Below, one piece after another: positions 42,014 through 51,208 of a stretch of DNA of 64,000 nucleotides (the first letter of the stretch is position 1; every line of letters begins with the position of its first letter). The DNA lies in NCBI GenBank assembly GCA_964527425.1, contig CAZGOA010000005.1, forward strand, positions 15,290 to 79,289. The letters are read 5' to 3'. This DNA is from an uncultured Gammaproteobacteria bacterium (lineage in GTDB: Bacteria; Patescibacteriota; Microgenomatia; UBA10105; UBA927). The position numbers and the translations under genes are program-made. The notes under the pieces are model-generated. The model was not told the origin of the DNA, searched no databases, and was given only the letters and a program-made list of their open reading frames with translations.

Positions 42014-42769
42014 ATGTCAATACCTCTTGACTCTATGCTTCTACTTAACAAAAAACCAGGACATACACCTCTTCAAGCACTAAAAGAATTTATCCAGCTT
42101 AACCCTGAATATTCTACGAACATTTTGTCGTATGCAGGCAGGCTTGATCCAATGGCCGAGGGTCTTTTGTTAATATTGGTAGGAGATGAAAACAAAAATA
42201 GACATGCATATGAACATTTACCCAAAATATATGAGTTCAAAATACTTGTTGGATTCTCTACAGACTCATACGATGTTATGGGTAAAATCACTAAACAATC
42301 AACAGAACAACTCAATACAACATCATTCGATACTCTAATCCAAAGCATGAAAGGTCAGCAAATCTTGTCTCTGCCACCCTATTCTTCTAAACCAGTAAAC
42401 GGTAAACCACTCTACTGGTATGCAATGAGAAATCTCCTTCATACAATCAGTATTCCTACTCAACATATACAAATACAATCAATTACTAGAACAACTATAG
42501 AAACACTCACAGCAACAACTATACGTGAATCGATACTCCAACGGATATCTCTCGTAAATGGAAACTTTAGACAAGAAGAAATTCAAAACCAATGGATACA
42601 AGAACTCTCGAATGATGAGAAAACCTATCAAATCATCAGCTGCAAACTTGAAGCTTCCTCTGGAACATATGTCAGAAGTATTGTGAATAGAATCAGTTAT
42701 ACGCTCTCTATACCACTTTTAACATACTCCATAAAACGAATTTCTATTGGTCCATATACACTTACGTAA
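42014..42769 (+). CDS. truB: tRNA pseudouridine(55) synthase TruB
   Basis: 251 aa. KKPGHTPLQALKEF...AGRLDPMAEGLLLILVGDENK...KIYEFKILVGFSTDSYD matches the TruB catalytic-Asp region. Confidence 0.8.
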   Translation: MSIPLDSMLLLNKKPGHTPLQALKEFIQLNPEYSTNILSYAGRLDPMAEGLLLILVGDENKNRHAYEHLPKIYEFKILVGFSTDSYDVMGKITKQSTEQLNTTSFDTLIQSMKGQQILSLPPYSSKPVNGKPLYWYAMRNLLHTISIPTQHIQIQSITRTTIETLTATTIRESILQRISLVNGNFRQEEIQNQWIQELSNDEKTYQIISCKLEASSGTYVRSIVNRISYTLSIPLLTYSIKRISIGPYTLT

Positions 42770-42921
42770 TGACGTATTAAACAACAGTGAATTAATCGCC
42801 CTCCACTCCACATCAAAAAAATTCTGAAACAGTTATCAATTTCTTAAAAGACTTTAGGTAATGATCTTTATTATTAACACACAGAAATTGGAGTATTTTC
42901 TAATTTTCTTTCTGAATTATA

Positions 42922-45900
42922 TTAATTTATTTTTTGTTTAAACCATTGGTAATAAACAACTGGGATAAATAGCAACATAATAATAGAAGCAATTAACAAC
43001 CCTGAAATAATTGCACCACCTAAACCTCTCCACAACGGATCTGCAAGTGTAATAGGAAGTAAACCAAATACAGTTGATAACTTTGTTAAAATAATTGGTT
43101 CCATACGGCTAGCCCCTGCGTCTGCCAATGATTCTTCAAATTGCATTCCTTCCTTAAGATTGAGATTTACTTTATCAACGATAAACATAGAATTGGTTAC
43201 AACTATTCCAAACAATGATAAAACACCGATTAGAGCAGGGAACGATAAAGGTGTTCCTGTTATAGCAAACGCATAAAATACGCTTGATACTGCAAGAGGT
43301 ATGACTAATAATACTAAAACAGCCTGTCGAAACGACCCAAACTGTAACACCATTGTTACTAAAATAAGCAATACAGAAACACCCATTGCTTGCAAAATCG
43401 ACTGAATTGATTTTGCATTTTCTTCATTAACACCACCAGTTTGCCAATTATATCCCTCGGGCAAATTCAAACTTTGTGCAAAACTTTCTAGATCCTTACC
43501 TAAGTCAGCTACAGAAAATCCGGGACGCGCGCCTGCAGTTACTGTTATTGATCGTTTTCCATTGACCCGAGTAATTTGAGTTGGATTAGGTTTGAGCTCC
43601 AATCGACCGAGTGACAACAATGGTACATCCCCTTGTGGAGTAATGACGGACAGTCTACCTAATGATTCAGGTGTAGGGTTATCTGAACCAAATGTAAATC
43701 GAACTGGGACTTTCTCTGCTTGTCCATCATCAAAATTTACTTCCTGAAGTGTAAATCCACTGCCATAAATACGTGTCCACAAACCTAATGTATCCATTGT
43801 TAGTCCACGCTGTGCCACACTATCCTGATCTGGTACAAATACAATAGCACTAGTTCCCTCATTAATTGACTTTGCTGTATTTGTTATACCAGGTTGCTTT
43901 TTTAAATATTCCTCAATACGATCAGCATATTGATTTAATATACTCAAATCATCACCAAGAAGTTCTATCTGAATATCTGCCCCTGCAGGCGGACCACCTG
44001 ACAATTCAACAACAGAAACTTGAGCACGAGCATACTCTTTAAATTCATTTCTCAAATCTTCTGCAATCTCAATCGATGAAACAGGACGCTTCTCCTCGGG
44101 AGGAAAATGCATCGTAATAAGACCTTTATTACTAGAATCACCTCCACCTTCAAAACCGGTTGGAGCACTTGTGCCTATTTGAGCAAGTAAATAGGTTGCA
44201 TAGGGATTAGACTTTACCCTATCAAGAACAGCTAATGTTTCTTGTTCTACCCGTTCAAGAGTAGTGCCACTGGGCATTTCTACATCCAAAAAGATTCTAT
44301 TGCCATCTACTTTTGGAAAAAATTCATTTTTTACAAACCCAAATGGAATCAACAAGAATCCAATAAAAGAATACACAACAATTGCAAACACCACTTTTCT
44401 ACGAGCACTTTTAGAAGATAATATTCGCAACATTAATCGTTTATAAGACTGCGAAAATCCGTCAAGTGAGACAACTCCATGATTTGATGAATAAACGATA
44501 AATTTAGTAATTCTACTATATCCAGGTACACGATGAATTAAAGTAATAACATACTGAGATAGTATTGACCTTACTCGGAAAAAAACAGCAACAATTAAAA
44601 CAAAGAGAATTCCAACTGGAATTAACACTGGATTTACTCCAGCTATTGCTGCTATCAAACTGAATAGCAACAATAGAACTATACCTTTTGAAAGCACTAT
44701 AACCCTTCTTGGTATTGATGGCTTTAAAATAAGCATCATGATCGGAAGAGTAATCAATACTGCGATTGCAGTTGAAGAAACCATCGTTACTGTAACGACA
44801 ACTGGTATAGGCTTAATAAATTCTCCAATAATTCCTGTTGCTAATAATAGAGGTACAAACGACCATATCGTAGTAAGTGTAGTAGACCAGATCGGTACAA
44901 TAGTATCCTTCCAGACTAATAAACCAGTTTCTAATGTAGTAAATCTACCTGTTTTGTAATAGGTAGTCATAGCCGAAATGACCACGATAGTATCGTCAAC
45001 CAATAACCCTAATGAAATTAAGAATGCAAATAATGTCAAAAAATTAATTGACATACCAAATACTTGCATGAGTGCAAAAGAGGCTAAAAAGGTTAATGGT
45101 ACAGTAAAAGAAGAAATTACAGCCTGTCTTAAGCCTAAAAATATAAACAAACAGGCAAACACTAGTAATATAGTGGTTCGAAATTCTCCAAGAATATCAT
45201 CAAATTGAGTAGAAATTTCTTCTGCTGTATTACTTATAGTGTTGTAAGAAAAACGTCCTTCACTGGCATCTATTTCTTCATCAACAATGGCTGTTGCAGC
45301 ATTAGCACCATCTGTTATCGTAGAAGTTAACGTTTTAAATACACTGAAGGTAACTACTCTCTTTGGATTTGTATCACGTGTAACCAGATATGCTGCAGGT
45401 TGATTCGGTTCAGATTTTTCTTCAATCGTAGCAATATCACCTAATTTTACAGAATTTCCTTGTAACACCAATCGCAAATTTCGCACATCATTTACTGTTT
45501 CTATACTAGGATCAATAGTAAGTGAAAACGAATTTCTAGCAGAATCGATAGTACCTGCAGGATAAGAACTTGTATTTGCTCGTAGCAAACTTGATAACTG
45601 AAGCGGATTAATTTGATATTGTGCTATTTTTTCAATATCTACTGTCACAGTAATTTCTTGTTCTTCTAAACCTCGAACAGTTACCGTATCTATTTTAGGA
45701 TGATCTTCTAGTCTGTTGCGTAACCTCTTTGCAAAACGTTGCAAACTCCCAATATCTTCAGTAGTCGTAAGTGCAAACTCCCATACTGGTACATTTTCAA
45801 AATCAAGAGCATTTACGTCAGGGTTACTCGCATCTTCAGGCAAATTACGAACTGTATCAACTGCAGCTTGAACATCGTCTGCTGCAACATCTCGATCAGT

Positions 45901-46257
45901 TGTACTCGTAAATTGAATAGTAATTACAGAAACATTATTTCTAGAAACAGAATTAATCGTATCTAAACCTTCAAGTGATTGCAGTTGATTTTCAATAGGA
46001 ATAGTAATCAAAGACTCAACGTCATCAGGTCCAGCTCCTGGTAATGCTGTAACAACAGTAACAATAGGAATTTTTACCTCAGGGTTGAGTCGTTTAGGCA
46101 AATTTGAATATGCAACTAAACCTATAAAAACAACTACTAACAGTAATAAAATAGTAAGTCGAAAATTTCGCAAATACGAAGCCAACGGCCCAGTTAATAA
46201 CTGAGTGTTAAAAGAAATTCTCTGTAAATATGACTGTTCAGCCGTATCTTGAACCAT
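42922..46257 (-). CDS. RND-superfamily efflux transporter permease (AcrB/HAE-like)
   Basis: 1111 aa with 12 TM helices and two large periplasmic loops. Confidence 0.88.
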   Translation of the reverse strand: MVQDTAEQSYLQRISFNTQLLTGPLASYLRNFRLTILLLLVVVFIGLVAYSNLPKRLNPEVKIPIVTVVTALPGAGPDDVESLITIPIENQLQSLEGLDTINSVSRNNVSVITIQFTSTTDRDVAADDVQAAVDTVRNLPEDASNPDVNALDFENVPVWEFALTTTEDIGSLQRFAKRLRNRLEDHPKIDTVTVRGLEEQEITVTVDIEKIAQYQINPLQLSSLLRANTSSYPAGTIDSARNSFSLTIDPSIETVNDVRNLRLVLQGNSVKLGDIATIEEKSEPNQPAAYLVTRDTNPKRVVTFSVFKTLTSTITDGANAATAIVDEEIDASEGRFSYNTISNTAEEISTQFDDILGEFRTTILLVFACLFIFLGLRQAVISSFTVPLTFLASFALMQVFGMSINFLTLFAFLISLGLLVDDTIVVISAMTTYYKTGRFTTLETGLLVWKDTIVPIWSTTLTTIWSFVPLLLATGIIGEFIKPIPVVVTVTMVSSTAIAVLITLPIMMLILKPSIPRRVIVLSKGIVLLLLFSLIAAIAGVNPVLIPVGILFVLIVAVFFRVRSILSQYVITLIHRVPGYSRITKFIVYSSNHGVVSLDGFSQSYKRLMLRILSSKSARRKVVFAIVVYSFIGFLLIPFGFVKNEFFPKVDGNRIFLDVEMPSGTTLERVEQETLAVLDRVKSNPYATYLLAQIGTSAPTGFEGGGDSSNKGLITMHFPPEEKRPVSSIEIAEDLRNEFKEYARAQVSVVELSGGPPAGADIQIELLGDDLSILNQYADRIEEYLKKQPGITNTAKSINEGTSAIVFVPDQDSVAQRGLTMDTLGLWTRIYGSGFTLQEVNFDDGQAEKVPVRFTFGSDNPTPESLGRLSVITPQGDVPLLSLGRLELKPNPTQITRVNGKRSITVTAGARPGFSVADLGKDLESFAQSLNLPEGYNWQTGGVNEENAKSIQSILQAMGVSVLLILVTMVLQFGSFRQAVLVLLVIPLAVSSVFYAFAITGTPLSFPALIGVLSLFGIVVTNSMFIVDKVNLNLKEGMQFEESLADAGASRMEPIILTKLSTVFGLLPITLADPLWRGLGGAIISGLLIASIIMLLFIPVVYYQWFKQKIN

Positions 46258-46308
46258 AAATAATTTTGTAGAAGCTACTACTGTTACTACTGATTAATAA
46301 CTTATTCT

Positions 46309-47772
46309 TCACTTAAAACTTACCGTATCTCCACTTAAAACATCTCTATTAAGAATTACTTGATCTTCCTGACTTATGCCGGATCTAATTTGAACATATG
46401 ATCCAAACACTGTTCCCAATTCCACTTCTTTTGGCACAACAGTATAAACACGCTCACCTGAATTACTAGCAACATATAGCAGTGCTGTATCTTGTGTTTG
46501 AAATATTGCATCAATTGGAACATAAGGAACTGAGGCAGTCGCTTTAACCTGACCTATTGGCATTTGAACTTGTATAGACATACCTTGAGTAACCCATTCA
46601 CTTTGCTCTTCAGAAAGGGTAAATAGTACGGTATGTAACGTTCCATCAGTCGGCTCTGTAGAAATATAGCGTGGACTAAGTTCAATAGTTTGACCTCCGA
46701 CAATTAAATTGCTCTTCTCAAGCCGTGATAGCTGTTTTGCAATGTCTGACGATACAGTAACAACTACATGAGCTACATTTTTATCAGCAGTAATTGTTGC
46801 TAGTACAGTTCCAGGATTTACTGATTGCCCAGGATATACATGAATTCTTTCTATAATACCCGTTTCAGGCGATGCTGGGTACATTAATGATTCACTTATC
46901 TGTGCAATCGTTAAGTTTAATCTAGCTATTTCTTTACCCAAAGCTAAAGATCGTTCCTCTACTTCCAACTGTTTAATAGTTAAATCCTTTGATAGGTTGG
47001 ATAGTTGAGCTCCTTCTTCATCACTACTTGCTTGATATTCACCAGATCGCAAAGCGCTCTTAAGAGCGGATAGCCCTGATAACACTCCTGATTTAGAAGA
47101 CTTAACCTGCGTTATAAGAGCACTATTCGTACCCTCTGCATTATTCATTTCTAATTCAGAAATTTGCTCATCTAATGAAAAAATTATTTGTTCATTTAGT
47201 GAAATTTGAGTTCTTGTTGCATCAAATGACTGAGCAGTAATTTCCCTTAATTGATCATTCATGGCATCAGTTTTCTCTGCAACTTCCCTGCGTTTATTTA
47301 TTAGTTCCTGTTGAGCAGGATAATTTTCTTCAGTAACTGTATAATTTTGTTGTGCAATTTGTCTTGAAACACTTTGCAAAGTTCCACCTTGATAGTTTGT
47401 ACTTAATCCTAGCAGTACTTGACCTTTCCATACTCTTTGACCGGGAGTAACATTAATGTATTGAACAATACCCGAAGATTGAGCAACGATGTTAATCACA
47501 CCACTTTTTTCGACATTTCCAGAAAAAGAAATTTTCGGTGCTTGTGCAATACTAAATATTTCTACCTCTTTTAATGAGGTTTCCGCTTCAGGTAGTGCAT
47601 CAGCAGGTTTTCGCAATAAATTTCCTAAAATAATAATTAAAAGCAGAATTCCTATTAATCCAAAAAAAGAAGTCATCGGTCGTCTGTCAATAAAGTTAAA
47701 AAAAGTTTGTCTGTAAGAAGAAATGCGTTCTTTCAATAGGCTAAACCGGGTTCTTGTTTGGGTTTCTTTCAT
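46309..47772 (-). CDS. Efflux transporter periplasmic adaptor (membrane-fusion protein, HlyD family) with long coiled coil
   Basis: 487 aa. N-terminal TM anchor, beta-barrel/lipoyl segments flanking an extended coiled-coil hairpin. Lies directly upstream of the RND permease. Confidence 0.8.
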   Translation of the reverse strand: MKETQTRTRFSLLKERISSYRQTFFNFIDRRPMTSFFGLIGILLLIIILGNLLRKPADALPEAETSLKEVEIFSIAQAPKISFSGNVEKSGVINIVAQSSGIVQYINVTPGQRVWKGQVLLGLSTNYQGGTLQSVSRQIAQQNYTVTEENYPAQQELINKRREVAEKTDAMNDQLREITAQSFDATRTQISLNEQIIFSLDEQISELEMNNAEGTNSALITQVKSSKSGVLSGLSALKSALRSGEYQASSDEEGAQLSNLSKDLTIKQLEVEERSLALGKEIARLNLTIAQISESLMYPASPETGIIERIHVYPGQSVNPGTVLATITADKNVAHVVVTVSSDIAKQLSRLEKSNLIVGGQTIELSPRYISTEPTDGTLHTVLFTLSEEQSEWVTQGMSIQVQMPIGQVKATASVPYVPIDAIFQTQDTALLYVASNSGERVYTVVPKEVELGTVFGSYVQIRSGISQEDQVILNRDVLSGDTVSFK

Positions 47773-47902
47773 AAGATACTGGATTATAGCAGAAAAAATC
47801 TCACCTTACTAGTACTATAGGTATAAGTATCTATTTATTGAGTATATTTATATTATTTAAATAGTTTAGGATGTGTTGGTATTTTTGCAAACAAAAGCAA
47901 CC

Positions 47903-47956
47903 CTTCCGATCCCGGATCGGTAGCCTCATCCGATCCGGGATCGGAAATACTATAAG
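47903..47956. repeat. GC-rich palindromic double-hairpin element, copy 1 (CTTCCGATCCCGGATCGG-TAGCCTCAT-CCGATCCGGGATCGGAAATACTATAAG)
   Basis: Two 15-nt perfect palindromes that are reverse complements of each other are separated by 9 nt. A homologous copy lies at 59448-59501. Confidence 0.7.
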
Positions 47957-48012
47957 CTTCTGCTCGTGAATGTTTATCCATATGAATCAAAAAACGCTAA
48001 TAAAATTCCTTC

Positions 48013-48567
48013 TTGATTCAAATGCGACTCTTTGCGATAGTGATTTTTATTATGAACGATACAGATAATACACCTAACCAAATACAAGATGCAGAATTGA
48101 TAGAAGATAACGATTCTTCAACTGAAGCTTCCCAGCTTTCTCAATCCGAAGATACTGAAGGAGGACTTTCACAAGCTGGTATGATCCTAGAATTAGAAAC
48201 GATGATAAAAAATCATATTTCTGGTATATCAACAAGACGAAATGAACTTAAGAAGTTTAAAGAAATGGTTGTGGATGCCTTTAAAAATGACTCAACCTAT
48301 CAAGAAGTCGAAGAAGCATATAAAAAAGCTACAAAAGTAAAAAAAGATATTAAAGCAAACATCATGCAGCAACCAGGTGTACAAGAAGCAGCAGAAAAAG
48401 TACGTGATATCTCAACTGAAATTAAAGAGCTGGAAGGAGCTCTGTCTGATTATGCAAGAGAATATCAACGACTGTCTGGTTCAAATGAAATAGAAGATAA
48501 CGAGGGAAATGTTCATGAAATAGTGTATATTGCAAAACTTCTGAAAAAAAATCAGAAGCAAAAATAA
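48013..48567 (+). CDS. Hypothetical acidic coiled-coil protein (start uncertain: TTG 48013, ATG 48022 or ATG 48052)
   Basis: 184 aa. Hydrophobic N-terminus followed by an Asp/Glu/Ser-rich region and helical heptads. Confidence 0.45.
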   Translation: MIQMRLFAIVIFIMNDTDNTPNQIQDAELIEDNDSSTEASQLSQSEDTEGGLSQAGMILELETMIKNHISGISTRRNELKKFKEMVVDAFKNDSTYQEVEEAYKKATKVKKDIKANIMQQPGVQEAAEKVRDISTEIKELEGALSDYAREYQRLSGSNEIEDNEGNVHEIVYIAKLLKKNQKQK

Positions 48568-48708
48568 GCACTATCGCAAATTTTTTAACACATTAGAATG
48601 TCCTATAATATTTGGTGTGAAATCAAGAATTGTACTGTATTTACCTGCTAATCTCAAATTGAAACGTAAAAATAATTACTTAAAATAATGCAATTTTAAG
48701 ATGTTCCT

Positions 48709-49452
48709 ATGAATGTCTCAGCCATTAAAACACCACTATTTAAAGAAAGTCACTCTGTGTTTGAATGTATCATTCACTCAATTCCTTCAATGAAAGAAAA
48801 TTCTATTGTTGTTATCACCTCGAAAATAATCAGTCTCTCACAATGCAAAACTGCAAAATTTCAAACAAAAGAAGAAAAAATTAAAATTATTAAAGAAGAA
48901 GCTGATTGGTATATTCACGAAACAGAATCCCAATATGGTGTCATACTCACAATCAAAGATAATACACTTATTGCCAATGCTGGAATAGATGAGTCTAATG
49001 CTAATGATAAACTTATTTTATGGCCAGATAATCTTGATAGAACAACTAATATATTGTGGTCAGAACTAAGAAGTCATTATAATCTCAAGCATCTAGGAGT
49101 CATAGTAACCGACTCACGGATAACACCTATGAGATGGGGAACCATAGGTGTCGGATTAAACTGGTGTGGATTCAAACCTTTATATAACTACATAGGTACA
49201 CCGGATATTTATGGTCGCTCATTACGTATGACTAAAGCCAGTCATCTTGATGGATTAGCAGCAGCAGCAGTTTTAGTAATGGGAGAAGGTAACGAACAAA
49301 CTCCCCTTGCAATTATAGAAGATATTCCGTTTGTTCAGTTCTCCGAAACGCAAACAACCCAAGAAGAACGGGAAAATCTTTATATCAAAAAAGAAGATGA
49401 TATGTACGCACCCGTTCTTACAGCAGCAAATTGGCTAAAAGGCGGAAAATAG
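48709..49452 (+). CDS. CofE-like gamma-glutamyl ligase family protein (coenzyme F420-0:L-glutamate ligase homologue)
   Basis: 247 aa. VVITSKIISLSQCK and ANAGIDESNAN motifs resemble CofE/F420-ligase-family signatures. Confidence 0.5.
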   Translation: MNVSAIKTPLFKESHSVFECIIHSIPSMKENSIVVITSKIISLSQCKTAKFQTKEEKIKIIKEEADWYIHETESQYGVILTIKDNTLIANAGIDESNANDKLILWPDNLDRTTNILWSELRSHYNLKHLGVIVTDSRITPMRWGTIGVGLNWCGFKPLYNYIGTPDIYGRSLRMTKASHLDGLAAAAVLVMGEGNEQTPLAIIEDIPFVQFSETQTTQEERENLYIKKEDDMYAPVLTAANWLKGGK

Positions 49453-49471
49453 CTCTTATTACTATACTTTT

Positions 49472-50194
49472 TTACATCACAGCTGCATATACTCCCAATA
49501 CAACTAGTCCTATCCAACTAAATCCTAATAGGACTGTAAATACTGAAACTAACACTAAACCAATACGTTTTCCAAACACTTCAGCAATGCGCACTAAAAT
49601 TGCATACGTCATAAAACAGGTAATTATTAACCCTGCAGGGGGCAGCAATGTTCCCATTAGACTTATCTCACCACCATTTATCCATCTCTGCCAAAATGGC
49701 AATTTAACGACAATCGTATGTAATACACCAAGTACAAACGCTATTCTTACTCCCCAAAACTGTAATTTCCACCAAATATGTCGATTAATTGATGTAATAG
49801 TAATCTGAAATGAATAAATAAATAACACAGTTAACACGAGCAAACTACTTAATCCAAAAACAAAAGCTGGATTGCCTAAGTGAAATCTTGAAGCTGGAAA
49901 TCTCTCTGGTAACAGAAAAAGCGTAATAATGGTATGCATATATGCAAAAATAAACGCACCTATTCCTAACCATTTTCTGTATAACAATAATCTATCAAAC
50001 AGGTCGTAGAGACGACTTAAAGGACCTGTAAGAATAACAGTTGCAAGTAATATGCCCGTTACACCAGCTGAAATTTTGTTAAAAAGAAAAAGATTAAATC
50101 CTTGGTGACGGATGATCGTGTACAAAGTTACCATCCCTAACGCTATCAATATCATTGCTAACGCTATTAGTTTTTGACGTATTAATGGATACAT
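49472..50194 (-). CDS. Ferric-reductase-like transmembrane domain protein (MsrQ/YedZ-like haem-binding membrane protein)
   Basis: 240 aa with 6 TM helices. Conserved His in TM helices (AYMHTIITL; LGVLHTIVV) preceded by RKWLG. Confidence 0.45.
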   Translation of the reverse strand: MYPLIRQKLIALAMILIALGMVTLYTIIRHQGFNLFLFNKISAGVTGILLATVILTGPLSRLYDLFDRLLLYRKWLGIGAFIFAYMHTIITLFLLPERFPASRFHLGNPAFVFGLSSLLVLTVLFIYSFQITITSINRHIWWKLQFWGVRIAFVLGVLHTIVVKLPFWQRWINGGEISLMGTLLPPAGLIITCFMTYAILVRIAEVFGKRIGLVLVSVFTVLLGFSWIGLVVLGVYAAVM

Positions 50195-50286
50195 ACAAAT
50201 ATCCTAGCACACCTATTTTGTTTACAATAAAAAATTATCTATTTATTGGCAAACCTGAGGAATTTGATATGATGTAACCCATATTT

Positions 50287-51054
50287 ATGAGATATGGAAT
50301 AATACTATTTATTTTAGCAGCAGGATTATTTTTTTTGTGGATAAATAAAGAACACCCGTCACCTCAACAACAATCAACTACAACTCCAACCGCAGCACCA
50401 GTTATAACACCAGAAGTTAAAACAATACAATCTAAAAGTGAAACGTATGTCTATGAAATTATAGGACCAATAAACCCTGAACGTGTAACACTCTATTCAA
50501 ATCTACCAGATAAAAAATCATCTTCAGAGCTCAAAAACATTTACTCATGTCAGTCATTAACCAGTGCAGGATTTTATGGGACTAATGATCAACATATTGG
50601 ATTGTTTTTAGTAGATGATGTCATTATTCAAGAACAATCACAAAATGCATTTTTTAATGCATTTATTTGGAATACCAGAAAAAACGTTGCAGGTATCGGT
50701 CAAGTATTACCAGATAATCAATTATCCTTTGCAATCCAAACTGGTCCACTTCTCATTACGGAAAATTCAGCGAGACAATTAAGTTTAACAGTTGATGAAG
50801 AAGCAAGAAGAATTGCGCTGGGAGTGACCGAAAATAATTCAATTGTATTTTATGTTGTTCACAAACCAGGAAACACTTTTTCAGGACCAACATTAGCAAA
50901 CTTACCCGAAATTATTCATAGTATAAATAGTCAAGAAAATCTTTCGATACCTACCGCTATTAACCTTGATGGCGGGAATCACTCTACCTTTCGATCACCT
51001 ACAAATTCTATCAGTGAACTATCGGCTGTCGGAGGAATATTTTGTATTAAATAG
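50287..51054 (+). CDS. Phosphodiester glycosidase family protein (DUF2233/NAGPA-like), secreted
   Basis: 255 aa. N-terminal TM/signal segment. SAGFYG...GIG...AINLDGGNHSTF matches the family pattern NaGFF...NLDGGgSs. Confidence 0.55.
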   Translation: MRYGIILFILAAGLFFLWINKEHPSPQQQSTTTPTAAPVITPEVKTIQSKSETYVYEIIGPINPERVTLYSNLPDKKSSSELKNIYSCQSLTSAGFYGTNDQHIGLFLVDDVIIQEQSQNAFFNAFIWNTRKNVAGIGQVLPDNQLSFAIQTGPLLITENSARQLSLTVDEEARRIALGVTENNSIVFYVVHKPGNTFSGPTLANLPEIIHSINSQENLSIPTAINLDGGNHSTFRSPTNSISELSAVGGIFCIK

Positions 51055-51208
51055 GTTATTTCTGAATAATTATAATCCTATCTTTTTTAAATATTCACTA
51101 ATAGGTAAGTATTATTTCGTATATCCATGTGTTTTTTCTTTTTTGAACATAATTAGATAATCACCCCTTGACCCTTCTCCTTGAACTCATGATATCGTAG
51201 TAACATCT

